This document shows positions 47,476 through 54,741 of a DNA stretch of 54,741 nt, one piece after another. Origin of the DNA: an uncultured archaeon (GTDB lineage Archaea; Iainarchaeota; Iainarchaeia; Iainarchaeales; 1-14-0-10-31-34); NCBI GenBank assembly GCA_964442255.1, contig CAYTYC010000007.1:1-54741 (forward strand), in the 5' to 3' direction. The position numbers and the translations under genes were made by a program. The notes under the pieces were generated by a model, which was not told the origin of the DNA, made no database searches, and saw nothing but the letters and a program-made list of their open reading frames with translations. Within the stretch, counting starts at the first letter, position 1. Every line of letters starts with the position of its first letter.

Positions 47476-48087
47476 GTGCATGAACTTTTAAGTGCGGGGC
47501 AGGGGGAAAGGCTTGTGAAGCTTGCGAGAAAGGCAATAGCCTATTTTCTGCACACAGGGCAGTTTTTGGAAGACTCTGCACCCACGGAATTCAGCGGGGA
47601 ACGCGGGGTGTTTGTCACACTGCACAAGTACCCGGAAAAAGAGTTAAGGGGCTGCATCGGCTTTCCCGAGGCAGTGAAGCCGTTATGGAATGCCGTGATT
47701 GAGGCCGCGGTAAGCGCGGCATTCAGGGACCCGAGGTTTATTCCATTGAAGGCGGAAGAACTGGAAAAAATTTTGGCGGAAGTTTCCGTGCTCACTGTCC
47801 CTGAAGAATTAAGGTGCGGAAAAGAAGGGCTGCCGGAAAAAATTGAAATTGGAAGGGACGGATTGATTGTAAGGAAGGCGGGAGTGTCGGGATTGCTGTT
47901 GCCGCAGGTGGCGCCGGAATGGAAATGGAATTCCACGGAATTTCTGGAGAACGCCTGCGCAAAGGCAGGAATGGAAAAAAGCTGCTGGAAAGAAAAAGAA
48001 ACAAGTGTGTGCCGGTTTCAGGCGCAAATATTCAAGGAAAAAGAGCCGGAAGGAAAAGTTGAGCAGGAAAGCCCGGGCCAGGAATAA
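47476..48087 (+). CDS. AMMECR1-domain protein
   Basis: RGVFVTL, LRGCIG, AAFRDPRF, EVSVLT, GLLLPQVA and CAKAG. Confidence 0.95.
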   Translation: MHELLSAGQGERLVKLARKAIAYFLHTGQFLEDSAPTEFSGERGVFVTLHKYPEKELRGCIGFPEAVKPLWNAVIEAAVSAAFRDPRFIPLKAEELEKILAEVSVLTVPEELRCGKEGLPEKIEIGRDGLIVRKAGVSGLLLPQVAPEWKWNSTEFLENACAKAGMEKSCWKEKETSVCRFQAQIFKEKEPEGKVEQESPGQE

Positions 48088-48480
48088 TTCAGCGCCCGAT
48101 AGATCTCAGTCCTTAAGCGGTCTTTAATTTCTTTCACACGTTTGGGTTCTTTTGCGTGTTGCTCCATTATAACTTCATCAGGAGGCTTTCCATTGATTTT
48201 AACAGAATCCATTTTCGGCTCAAGAGCAGAATCCAATTTAAAGGCGACTGCCACCGCTTTCCCCCCTAAAAAATTCAGGGATATGTTCAGTAAAAGAATA
48301 AACCCCCTGACTAGTTTCTTTCACAGTTTTGCCAATTCCGGGGTAACACGCCTTAGCCTTCAGGCTTTTATCCAATAAAGCCTCCTTACCTGCCTTCTTT
48401 GCCCTCCCTCTTTTCGCCCTGTTTAACATTTCCCCGGCTTCATCCGCGGGAGTCCTTCGCATTCTTCTTTTTTTAGGCAA
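48018..48480 (-). pseudogene. Frameshifted basic hypothetical protein (~153 aa if joined by a +1 shift at 48258-48267)
   Basis: ORFs 48238-48501 and 48018-48254 together align colinearly with the 46985-47428 product. Confidence 0.65.
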
Positions 48481-48488
48481 ATCAATCC

Positions 48489-48812
48489 CTAAACGGAGCA
48501 TTCCCGGGGGTCAACGCCTTTTTCCTGCATGCATTCAAGGTAAGAATCTAATTGCTCTCCCTGGAGCTTCTCCTTAATTATGCATTCAGCCAGTTCCCCG
48601 CGCAACCCCCGGTCAAGCCGGGGCTCAATAAAGTAATGCGTCAGGTAAAAGCCCGCAATCAATCCAACAATGAACACAAACAAAAGAAACAATTTGCTTA
48701 AGGAAAAGCTTCCAAAACCAAACCCCTTTTTGGAAAACTTTCCCCGGGGCGCACCACCATAATCTTCATCCCCCAAATCAATGTCGTCATCATATTTTTT
48801 TCTTTTCGGCAT
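48489..48812 (-). CDS. Hypothetical single-pass membrane protein
   Basis: Central TM helix; follows taw1 by 4 nt. Confidence 0.7.
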   Translation of the reverse strand: MPKRKKYDDDIDLGDEDYGGAPRGKFSKKGFGFGSFSLSKLFLLFVFIVGLIAGFYLTHYFIEPRLDRGLRGELAECIIKEKLQGEQLDSYLECMQEKGVDPRECSV

Positions 48813-48816
48813 GCAA

Positions 48817-49761
48817 TCACTCAGTCAACGGTTTCTTTTTTCCGGATGAAAGCAATACCACCCTCGAACCCGGGCTTTCATCCAGTAAAGTATAGTTTAA
48901 GTGGTTATTAATTTTAACTGCAAAGTCTTTCACAGAGGAGTGAAAAGGCATGTTCTCTTCCTTTAAGCGTTTCCTGCTTTCACCAACCCAAACATACCCC
49001 TTTACCTCCACAAAATCGGGCCCGGCTTTTTGTATTAACTCCGCGAACTGTTTTTCTTTTTCCATATTCATTTTCCCGATTGCTGTTACCCTGATTACTT
49101 TTCTCGTGGAAAGGGAAGGCATCAGCTCCAGAGAGCGGTTGAATTTCTCCCAGGAACCCTTAATTATTGGGGCATTCAACCGCTTGTGCGTTGCTTCATC
49201 CACTGCCTCCAAAGAAAGGTAAAGCTGCGTGGGCAGGGAAATATTTTCCAAAGCTTCAGGGTTCAGGCCGTTTGAAACCAGGAACGTGGAAAAATTGCGC
49301 TTTTTGTATTCATCTATCAGTTCGGAAAGGAAAGGGTAAAAAGTGGGTTCGCCTGAAAGGGAGATTGCAACATTGTTCGGGGAGTTCGCTTCCAAAAGCT
49401 TTTTTTCGCCGATTTGTTCTTTCAATGCGCCGTAGCCGGAGAGAAGCTTTCTCTGCATTTCAATTGAGAGTTCCGCTATTTCCTTTGGGTCTCCCTTTGG
49501 CTCAATTTTTTCCTTGAGCGGGATGTGCGGGCGCCAGCAGAAAATGCATTTCTGCCCGCAATATGTTGTGAGGGGAGTCATTTGAAGGCAGCGGTGGGAG
49601 TTAATGCCGTAAAATTTCTGCTTATAGCAGGCCTTGTTCCCGGTGAGGGAGGACTTGGTGTAATGGCACAATTTAACCGCAGAATGGCCGAACAATGCGT
49701 AATGCTGGCGCCTGAGCTTTGCGGTCACTTCATCAGGCCAGTAGTTTTCAGGTGAAAGCAT
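48817..49761 (-). CDS. taw1: 4-demethylwyosine synthase (TYW1/Taw1, radical SAM)
   Basis: HSAVKLCHY, CYKQKFYGINSHRCLQMTP, CxxxCxxC, AISLSGEP and FVEVKGY..G.SR. Confidence 0.97.
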   Translation of the reverse strand: MLSPENYWPDEVTAKLRRQHYALFGHSAVKLCHYTKSSLTGNKACYKQKFYGINSHRCLQMTPLTTYCGQKCIFCWRPHIPLKEKIEPKGDPKEIAELSIEMQRKLLSGYGALKEQIGEKKLLEANSPNNVAISLSGEPTFYPFLSELIDEYKKRNFSTFLVSNGLNPEALENISLPTQLYLSLEAVDEATHKRLNAPIIKGSWEKFNRSLELMPSLSTRKVIRVTAIGKMNMEKEKQFAELIQKAGPDFVEVKGYVWVGESRKRLKEENMPFHSSVKDFAVKINNHLNYTLLDESPGSRVVLLSSGKKKPLTE

Positions 49762-49876
49762 AAGGGAAAAAGGGCGGAAAAGGCTTAAATCCTTTATGTA
49801 GAATTAGGTTTTTTGAGGTAAATTTATATATTAGAAGGCACTTTTATAGATACAATATTTTCAGGGGTGAAAAAGA

Positions 49877-50143
49877 ATGTATAAGTACACGATTGCAAGG
49901 CAGCTGGCAACAAAAAGGGTTATAACAAACAGGGGAGACGAGGTAGGAAAACTGTCGGATTTGCTGATAAACGAGAATACCGGGGAAATTGAAACCCTTT
50001 TGGTTGAACTGGACAGGGACAGCAAAATAGCCAAAGGCGGAAGCCATAAGGACAGGCTGCTGCACATCCCTTACTCGGCGGTCACCGCTGTAAGCGATGT
50101 CTTTATTGTGGACGAACGGGAAATTCCGTCTTCCGCGCATTAA
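49877..50143 (+). CDS. PRC-barrel domain protein (CdpB-like)
   Basis: KRVITNRGDEVGKLSDLLINENTGEI..IPYSAVTAVSDVFIV. Confidence 0.88.
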   Translation: MYKYTIARQLATKRVITNRGDEVGKLSDLLINENTGEIETLLVELDRDSKIAKGGSHKDRLLHIPYSAVTAVSDVFIVDEREIPSSAH

Positions 50144-51258
50144 TCAGGGAAATCAATTTCCAGCCTGTTTTTTCCTGAAAGGGAAACCTTTTTAGCCATG
50201 GTGTTGCCTTTTGAGGCAAGCAAATTCATCTTATACATAACCTCTTTTTTTCCTTCTGTGCGGAGGTTTTTGGCGGCATCCATTATCTGCTGAAGCTCAT
50301 TGAAATGCGCGTAAATGAATTCGCCTTTTTTCATGTTTTCCCTGCTCTGGTTTTCCAGTTTTTCCCGCGCATTTAGTTGGTCTTCCAAACTCCTGCGCAG
50401 GGCTTCAGTATTTTTATTGAACTTTTTTTCTGTTTCAGCGGTTTTTTCCGAAAGAAACGGCTTTGAAAGCAGCTCATCAACCGCGTCATTCACTGAGGGA
50501 AAAGATTTTTCCGGTTTTCCGAAGACGGAAAGAGGGAAAGGGAAAAGGGTTTCACCGTAAAGCAGGGGACTGGCTTTCTTCAAATCCACGGAGTAATAGG
50601 CTTTCATTTTTTTGGCCAGCCCATTGAGCTGCGGGTTGGAGAGGGTTTGGGGGGAAAGGCTTTTCTCCAGGCCCAAATCTGAAAGGATTTGCTCCGCGAC
50701 TGGGGGGGAAAGATTGACTGCAGCGACAAGGGAGCGGATTAAATCTTTTTTTGAATCAAAAAAGGCTTTTTGCAGCTCTTCAGGAATTGCATTCAACGGG
50801 GAAAGCTTTCCCGAAGAAGGAAACCGGTATTCAGAGCCTTTTCTGGTCTCGCGGTCACTCCACTGCTCTTTCCGGTAGGCTGAAAGCACGCGCATTCCCT
50901 TGTCAGTGAGAACAAAATTTCCTTTAGCGAAAAGCTCCATTATGAGAAAACAGTCCGGGAATTCCAATACCGCAATCCGGTCTGCTTTGTGCTGGAAAAA
51001 TGAAAGAATTTTTTTTCCCTCAATTCTTTTGCGAAGGAAAGCGGCGTAGCCGGAGGTTGTCTGCCTGGCCTCCAACTTGAATTGCGTGAAGTAAGGGGCC
51101 CGGAGCGTGAGAATAAGGTTTTTTGTTCCCGCCCTTGTGCGGACCTTGAACTTTATCCTGTCATTGCCTAATTCCTGGACTTTGTTTACGTAGGCGCCTT
51201 CCAAAAGAGGAGAGAGCTCTGCAACGAGGTAAGAGAAGGAAATGTTCGGCAATTCCAT
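50140..51258 (-). CDS. rqcH: Rqc2/RqcH (NFACT) protein, N-terminal part only (372 aa)
   Basis: GAYVNKVQ, FLRKRI, DRI, ELFAKGNFVL, HhH region and first coiled coil; stops before the NFACT-R domain. Confidence 0.85.
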   Translation of the reverse strand: MELPNISFSYLVAELSPLLEGAYVNKVQELGNDRIKFKVRTRAGTKNLILTLRAPYFTQFKLEARQTTSGYAAFLRKRIEGKKILSFFQHKADRIAVLEFPDCFLIMELFAKGNFVLTDKGMRVLSAYRKEQWSDRETRKGSEYRFPSSGKLSPLNAIPEELQKAFFDSKKDLIRSLVAAVNLSPPVAEQILSDLGLEKSLSPQTLSNPQLNGLAKKMKAYYSVDLKKASPLLYGETLFPFPLSVFGKPEKSFPSVNDAVDELLSKPFLSEKTAETEKKFNKNTEALRRSLEDQLNAREKLENQSRENMKKGEFIYAHFNELQQIMDAAKNLRTEGKKEVMYKMNLLASKGNTMAKKVSLSGKNRLEIDFPD

Positions 51259-51356
51259 GGAATAAGGTAAGGAAAGGGGAAGATTTAAATATAATGGAAA
51301 ACTAATGGATAACAGCAAAGTAAGGAACTTTTTTCATTTAAAAGGAGGTAATAAAA

Positions 51357-52079
51357 TTGAATAAATTGGGTCTTGGATTGATTTTTTTAAGCGCGTGTGC
51401 GGCGCTTTTGGTTGGGTGCGTGATGCCGGAAGAAACAACAGGGGCGGCAAGCGACCTGAAAATAAAAAGCGACGGAGACGGGGGAGGGGGCGGTGCAAGC
51501 GGAAAGCCTCCAACAGCGCCAACCAACTTGTTTGTGGAATTGGCTGACGGAAACGAATTGGCGGTGGACCTGAACTGGAATCCAAGTACTGGCGAACCAC
51601 CAATAAGCTATGATGTCTTCAGGAATACGACAGGTTCAACAACAAACTACAATAAAATCGGGTCAACCTCAAGCGCATTCTACACCGACAACACAGTAGA
51701 AGGAGCCCAAAATTACTACTACGCGGTAAAAGCAAAGAACAGTTATGGAAAGAGTGACTACAGCAACCAAGCAAAAGTCTATGTCCCCGCACCAGGTAAA
51801 GCGCCTTCAGCGTTTGACCTAAACGGAATACACCACGACGAAAACACACTATTTAACGAACTTTTCTGGACAGAAAGCAAAGGAACAGCACCAATAAAAT
51901 ACACAGTTTACAGGAAAGGGCCGATAAGTGCACCAAATTACGCAGTAATTGTGGGGCCAATGACCGAAAGAACATATGACGACTTTAACATAACCGACTC
52001 AAACACAACTTATTCATACTATGTTTTTGCAGAAAACCAGTACGGTGACACAAACTCAAACACAATCGGCTTGCCGTAA
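51357..52079 (+). CDS. Lipoprotein with two FN3 domains
   Basis: GGAGGT SD; LVGC lipobox; two W..Y.V.R..Y.D..YYV.A.N.YG units. Confidence 0.85.
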   Translation: MNKLGLGLIFLSACAALLVGCVMPEETTGAASDLKIKSDGDGGGGGASGKPPTAPTNLFVELADGNELAVDLNWNPSTGEPPISYDVFRNTTGSTTNYNKIGSTSSAFYTDNTVEGAQNYYYAVKAKNSYGKSDYSNQAKVYVPAPGKAPSAFDLNGIHHDENTLFNELFWTESKGTAPIKYTVYRKGPISAPNYAVIVGPMTERTYDDFNITDSNTTYSYYVFAENQYGDTNSNTIGLP

Positions 52080-52109
52080 AAAAGGATTCAATTCCTTTTT
52101 CCCTTTTTT

Positions 52110-53303
52110 TTATTTTAAATACTTTAAAAGAACCTTCACCAAACCAGGGTGCTTCACGAGTTTTTTTGAGACAATTTTGGCGCTTTCCATCAACTCTTCG
52201 GAGGCAAGCTTCATTATGTCGTCCCCGGTAACCGAGGAAGCAAGGGTTTCAAAGTCTTTGTCAGTCATTTTCTCAAACATCTGGCGCTTCTTCAAAACAT
52301 TTTTCAGTTTTTTTCCCCGCACGGTTTCCCATTCGGCTGTGTAATTGCTTAGCATTGCGTCGGAGAAATCGCCTTTCTCGTGCGCGTCCTTTATCACCTG
52401 CCCCGCAATCTGGCCAGCCTCATACGCCAAGCCCATTCCGCCCCCGTGGATTGGGTTGACCTGGTGTGCGGCGTCGCCAACCACCAAAAAACCGTCCAGA
52501 GTGAGCTTGTCCATGAAGCCTCCAACAGGAACAGCGCCGCCATTCATTTCAATTACAGAGCCCCTGGAAATTTTCGGGCGGGATTCAATCCAGCGGTCCA
52601 GATAGCTTTTCGCCGTAAGCGGGTTGTCCGCCGCAATTCCGATTCCAACGTTTCCGCAGTCCTCGCCTTTCGGAAAAATCCAGACATAGCCCCTGGGCGC
52701 GATTTTTTCGCCAAAATACAAGTTAATCAAGTCCGGGTATTCAATGTCAATGCCGGCCATTTCATACTGGAAGCCGGAGTCAATGTGGTAAAGCGTATTG
52801 AAAGTTTTTAATCCGGCTTTCTGTGCGGTCTGGCTTTCCACCCCGTCCGCGCCAACAACAACATTTGCCCTGAACTCCTGTTCCTCGCCAAGGTGAAGGG
52901 CTTTTACGCCGGCAATTTTCCCGTTTTCTTTTATTAAATCAGTTACAGTTGTTTTGACCCGGAATTTTGCGCCCTTTCCTGCGGCCTCGCGAGCAAGCTC
53001 TTTTTCAAAGATTTTTCTTTCAATAATGTGCCCCGCGACATCATCGCTGCGGACTTCAATTTTTTTTCCGGAAGGCGAGTAAAGCATTGCCCCAAAAATT
53101 TTCTGCACAGCCCAGCTTTTTTTGGGCTCAATGCCCATGCGCTTCAAATGCCCTAACCCAAGGCCTTCCCCGCACCTTACCGGAGCGCCTATTTCCTGGT
53201 CTTTTTCAAGCACAAGGGTTTTCAGGCCAAGGGAAGCTGTTTTCGTTGCGGTGGAAATTCCACCCGGGCCCGCTCCAACCACAATAACGTCAAATTCCTT
53301 CAT
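52110..53303 (-). CDS. Digeranylgeranylglycerophospholipid reductase (geranylgeranyl reductase family)
   Basis: VVGAGPGG, PVRCGEG, GADG, APRGYVWIFPK and GDAAHQVNPIHGGG. Confidence 0.93.
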   Translation of the reverse strand: MKEFDVIVVGAGPGGISTATKTASLGLKTLVLEKDQEIGAPVRCGEGLGLGHLKRMGIEPKKSWAVQKIFGAMLYSPSGKKIEVRSDDVAGHIIERKIFEKELAREAAGKGAKFRVKTTVTDLIKENGKIAGVKALHLGEEQEFRANVVVGADGVESQTAQKAGLKTFNTLYHIDSGFQYEMAGIDIEYPDLINLYFGEKIAPRGYVWIFPKGEDCGNVGIGIAADNPLTAKSYLDRWIESRPKISRGSVIEMNGGAVPVGGFMDKLTLDGFLVVGDAAHQVNPIHGGGMGLAYEAGQIAGQVIKDAHEKGDFSDAMLSNYTAEWETVRGKKLKNVLKKRQMFEKMTDKDFETLASSVTGDDIMKLASEELMESAKIVSKKLVKHPGLVKVLLKYLK

Positions 53304-53503
53304 TTGGGCACCTTTTTTGCTTCACTCATCGCCCCCACAGGGCAGATTTTAATGCAGGCCATGCATTTAATGCATTTTTCGGGGAATACCTTTACCCTGG
53401 TTTCCTGCAGTTCCAATGCAAGCGCAGGGCAGACTGAAACGCAGGCACCGCAGTAAAGGCATTTCTCAGGGTCGCAGACAGGAGGGAAATCCATTAAAGC
53501 CAT
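53300..53503 (-). CDS. 2[4Fe-4S] ferredoxin
   Basis: Two CxxCxxCxxxCP motifs; stop overlaps the GGR start (ATGA). Confidence 0.93.
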   Translation of the reverse strand: MALMDFPPVCDPEKCLYCGACVSVCPALALELQETRVKVFPEKCIKCMACIKICPVGAMSEAKKVPK

Positions 53504-53611
53504 GTGAAAGAAGATAGTGAAGGGAAATTTTTTAAATGGAATTGAACCCGCAAAAAGCTTTGCTTTTCAAACTCAAAACAGTTAAATTAGGTTTGAAGGC
53601 ATTAAATATTT

Positions 53612-54223
53612 ATGGAATTTGAGTTCAAGGGAAACAAGATTTTGTTTGAAAGGCGGCTTTCAAACCTGGACAAACTGGTTTTAAGGTTCGTGAAAATACT
53701 GGGAAAACTGGAAATAGATTACGTGATAATTTCGGGTTACATCGCCATTCTCTTCGGGAGAAGCCGGAACACGGAGGACGTGGATTTATTCATTGAGGAA
53801 ATGCCTTTGGAAAAGTTCAGGAAATTCTGGAAAGAACTGGAAAAACAGGGATTTGAGTGCCTCAACACCTCAAAGCCGGAAGACGCTTACAGGGATTACC
53901 TGAAAGAAATGGTTGCGGTAAGGTTTGCCGAAAAGGGAATGATTCAGCCGAATTTTGAGCTGAAATTCCCGAAAACCAAATACAACCGCTATTCCCTTGA
54001 GCACAAGGTTGAGGTTCTGCTTAACAGGGAAAGGCTTTTCACTTCAGAAATTGAGCTTCAGATTGCGTTCAAGTTAAGCCTCGGAAGCGACAAGGACTTT
54101 GAGGACGCAAGGCACCTTTACAAGGTTTTTAAAGAAGATTTGGACATTGGTTTGCTTAAGAGGCAGATTAGAGAGTTAAGGGTTGAAAAAGAGGCGGGGA
54201 AAGTTTTATGGAAAAAGGATTAA
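53612..54223 (+). CDS. Nucleotidyltransferase-fold protein (DUF6036-like)
   Basis: YVIISGY..GRSRNTEDVD and C-terminal FKL..GSDKDFEDA. Confidence 0.8.
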   Translation: MEFEFKGNKILFERRLSNLDKLVLRFVKILGKLEIDYVIISGYIAILFGRSRNTEDVDLFIEEMPLEKFRKFWKELEKQGFECLNTSKPEDAYRDYLKEMVAVRFAEKGMIQPNFELKFPKTKYNRYSLEHKVEVLLNRERLFTSEIELQIAFKLSLGSDKDFEDARHLYKVFKEDLDIGLLKRQIRELRVEKEAGKVLWKKD

Positions 54224-54375
54224 AGCTCACGGAAAAAGATTTCAAAGAACTGGAAGAAGAAAAGGAAAGAAACCGCAAACAGCGAATGGAGTTCGTGGAC
54301 TTTTACGCGAAATGGCTGAAAAAAACCCCGAACAGGGTGTGGAGCAGACAACAGGCAAAATATTTGGACAAATGA
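54208..54375 (+). CDS. 55-aa helical partner protein of the nucleotidyltransferase
   Basis: MEKGLK..ERNRKQRMEFVDFYAKWLKKTPNRVWSRQQAKYLDK; overlaps the upstream stop; not in the ORF track. Confidence 0.7.
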   Translation: MEKGLKLTEKDFKELEEEKERNRKQRMEFVDFYAKWLKKTPNRVWSRQQAKYLDK

Positions 54376-54450
54376 AAAAGATTTGGAAGAAAGGAAAGCC
54401 TTTTGCGGCTTCCATTTTTGCTGAAAAAATCAGCTTAATTTAACTTTCAG

Positions 54451-54561
54451 CTCCTTCACCTGCTTTTCAGTTTCATCAGCCGGAACATGTCTTTTGCGTT
54501 TGTCGAATTAGATGAATACGACCTCCTTCACCTGCTTTTCAGTTTCATCAGCCGGAACATG
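54451..54561. repeat. 39-nt perfect direct repeat around a 33-nt insert
   Basis: 54451-54489 = 54523-54561; insert 54490-54522. Confidence 0.95.
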
Positions 54562-54741
54562 GCCTCCGGAGTCTGTTCCTGAACTTACGGGCTTAACTGA
54601 AAGGCTGTCACACCATGCATTCCCTGAAACCCCCCACAGTGTTTCATTCATGCAATACACCCGCAACCGCCTGTCTTCAGTGTTCGCCTGCACAGTGAAG
54701 GAAAAAGGAGTCCAGCCTGTTTGCCCTGAAACAAATGCCCC
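54508..54741 (-). CDS. 3' end of a gene entering from the right edge (possibly a carbohydrate-binding-like beta domain)
   Basis: Open frame from the window edge: GWTPFSFTV..LRVYC..GNAWCDSLSV; the present stop lies inside the 33-nt insert. Confidence 0.55.
   Translation of the reverse strand, partial: GAFVSGQTGWTPFSFTVQANTEDRRLRVYCMNETLWGVSGNAWCDSLSVKPVSSGTDSGGHVPADETEKQVKEVVFI

Overview
Archaeal chromosomal segment. PolD, aCPSF1, proteasome beta, Taw1, aNAC and archaeal SepF are present; gene content and protein style suggest a DPANN lineage such as Diapherotrites/Iainarchaeota, which is inference only. Housekeeping genes: secDF, UPF0147-DP1-DP2, sepF, cdc6, hel308, cdd, nac, slyD, psmB-fttA, AK6, AMMECR1, taw1, PRC-barrel, a truncated Rqc2 and GGR plus ferredoxin. 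These are interleaved with large surface/secreted proteins and scattered, often orphan toxin-antitoxin parts. No rRNA, tRNA, cas, integrase or transposase gene was recognised. Main observations: (1) three separate insertions are each flanked by a 35-39 nt duplication of native coding sequence, and two have CRISPR-like geometry (72-73 nt repeat+insert units inside genes); (2) the DP2 mini-intein ends in Arg instead of Asn/Gln/Asp, directly at the polymerase catalytic motif; (3) two unrelated accessory genes are both broken by a +1 shift at the same in-frame AGG-GGG-GAA-A motif, and one looks like a secreted beta-barrel; (4) a GC-rich multi-hairpin element lies upstream of a small ssDNA-binding-like gene and a PIN toxin. 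Product calls come from motif recognition by eye; no searches were run.
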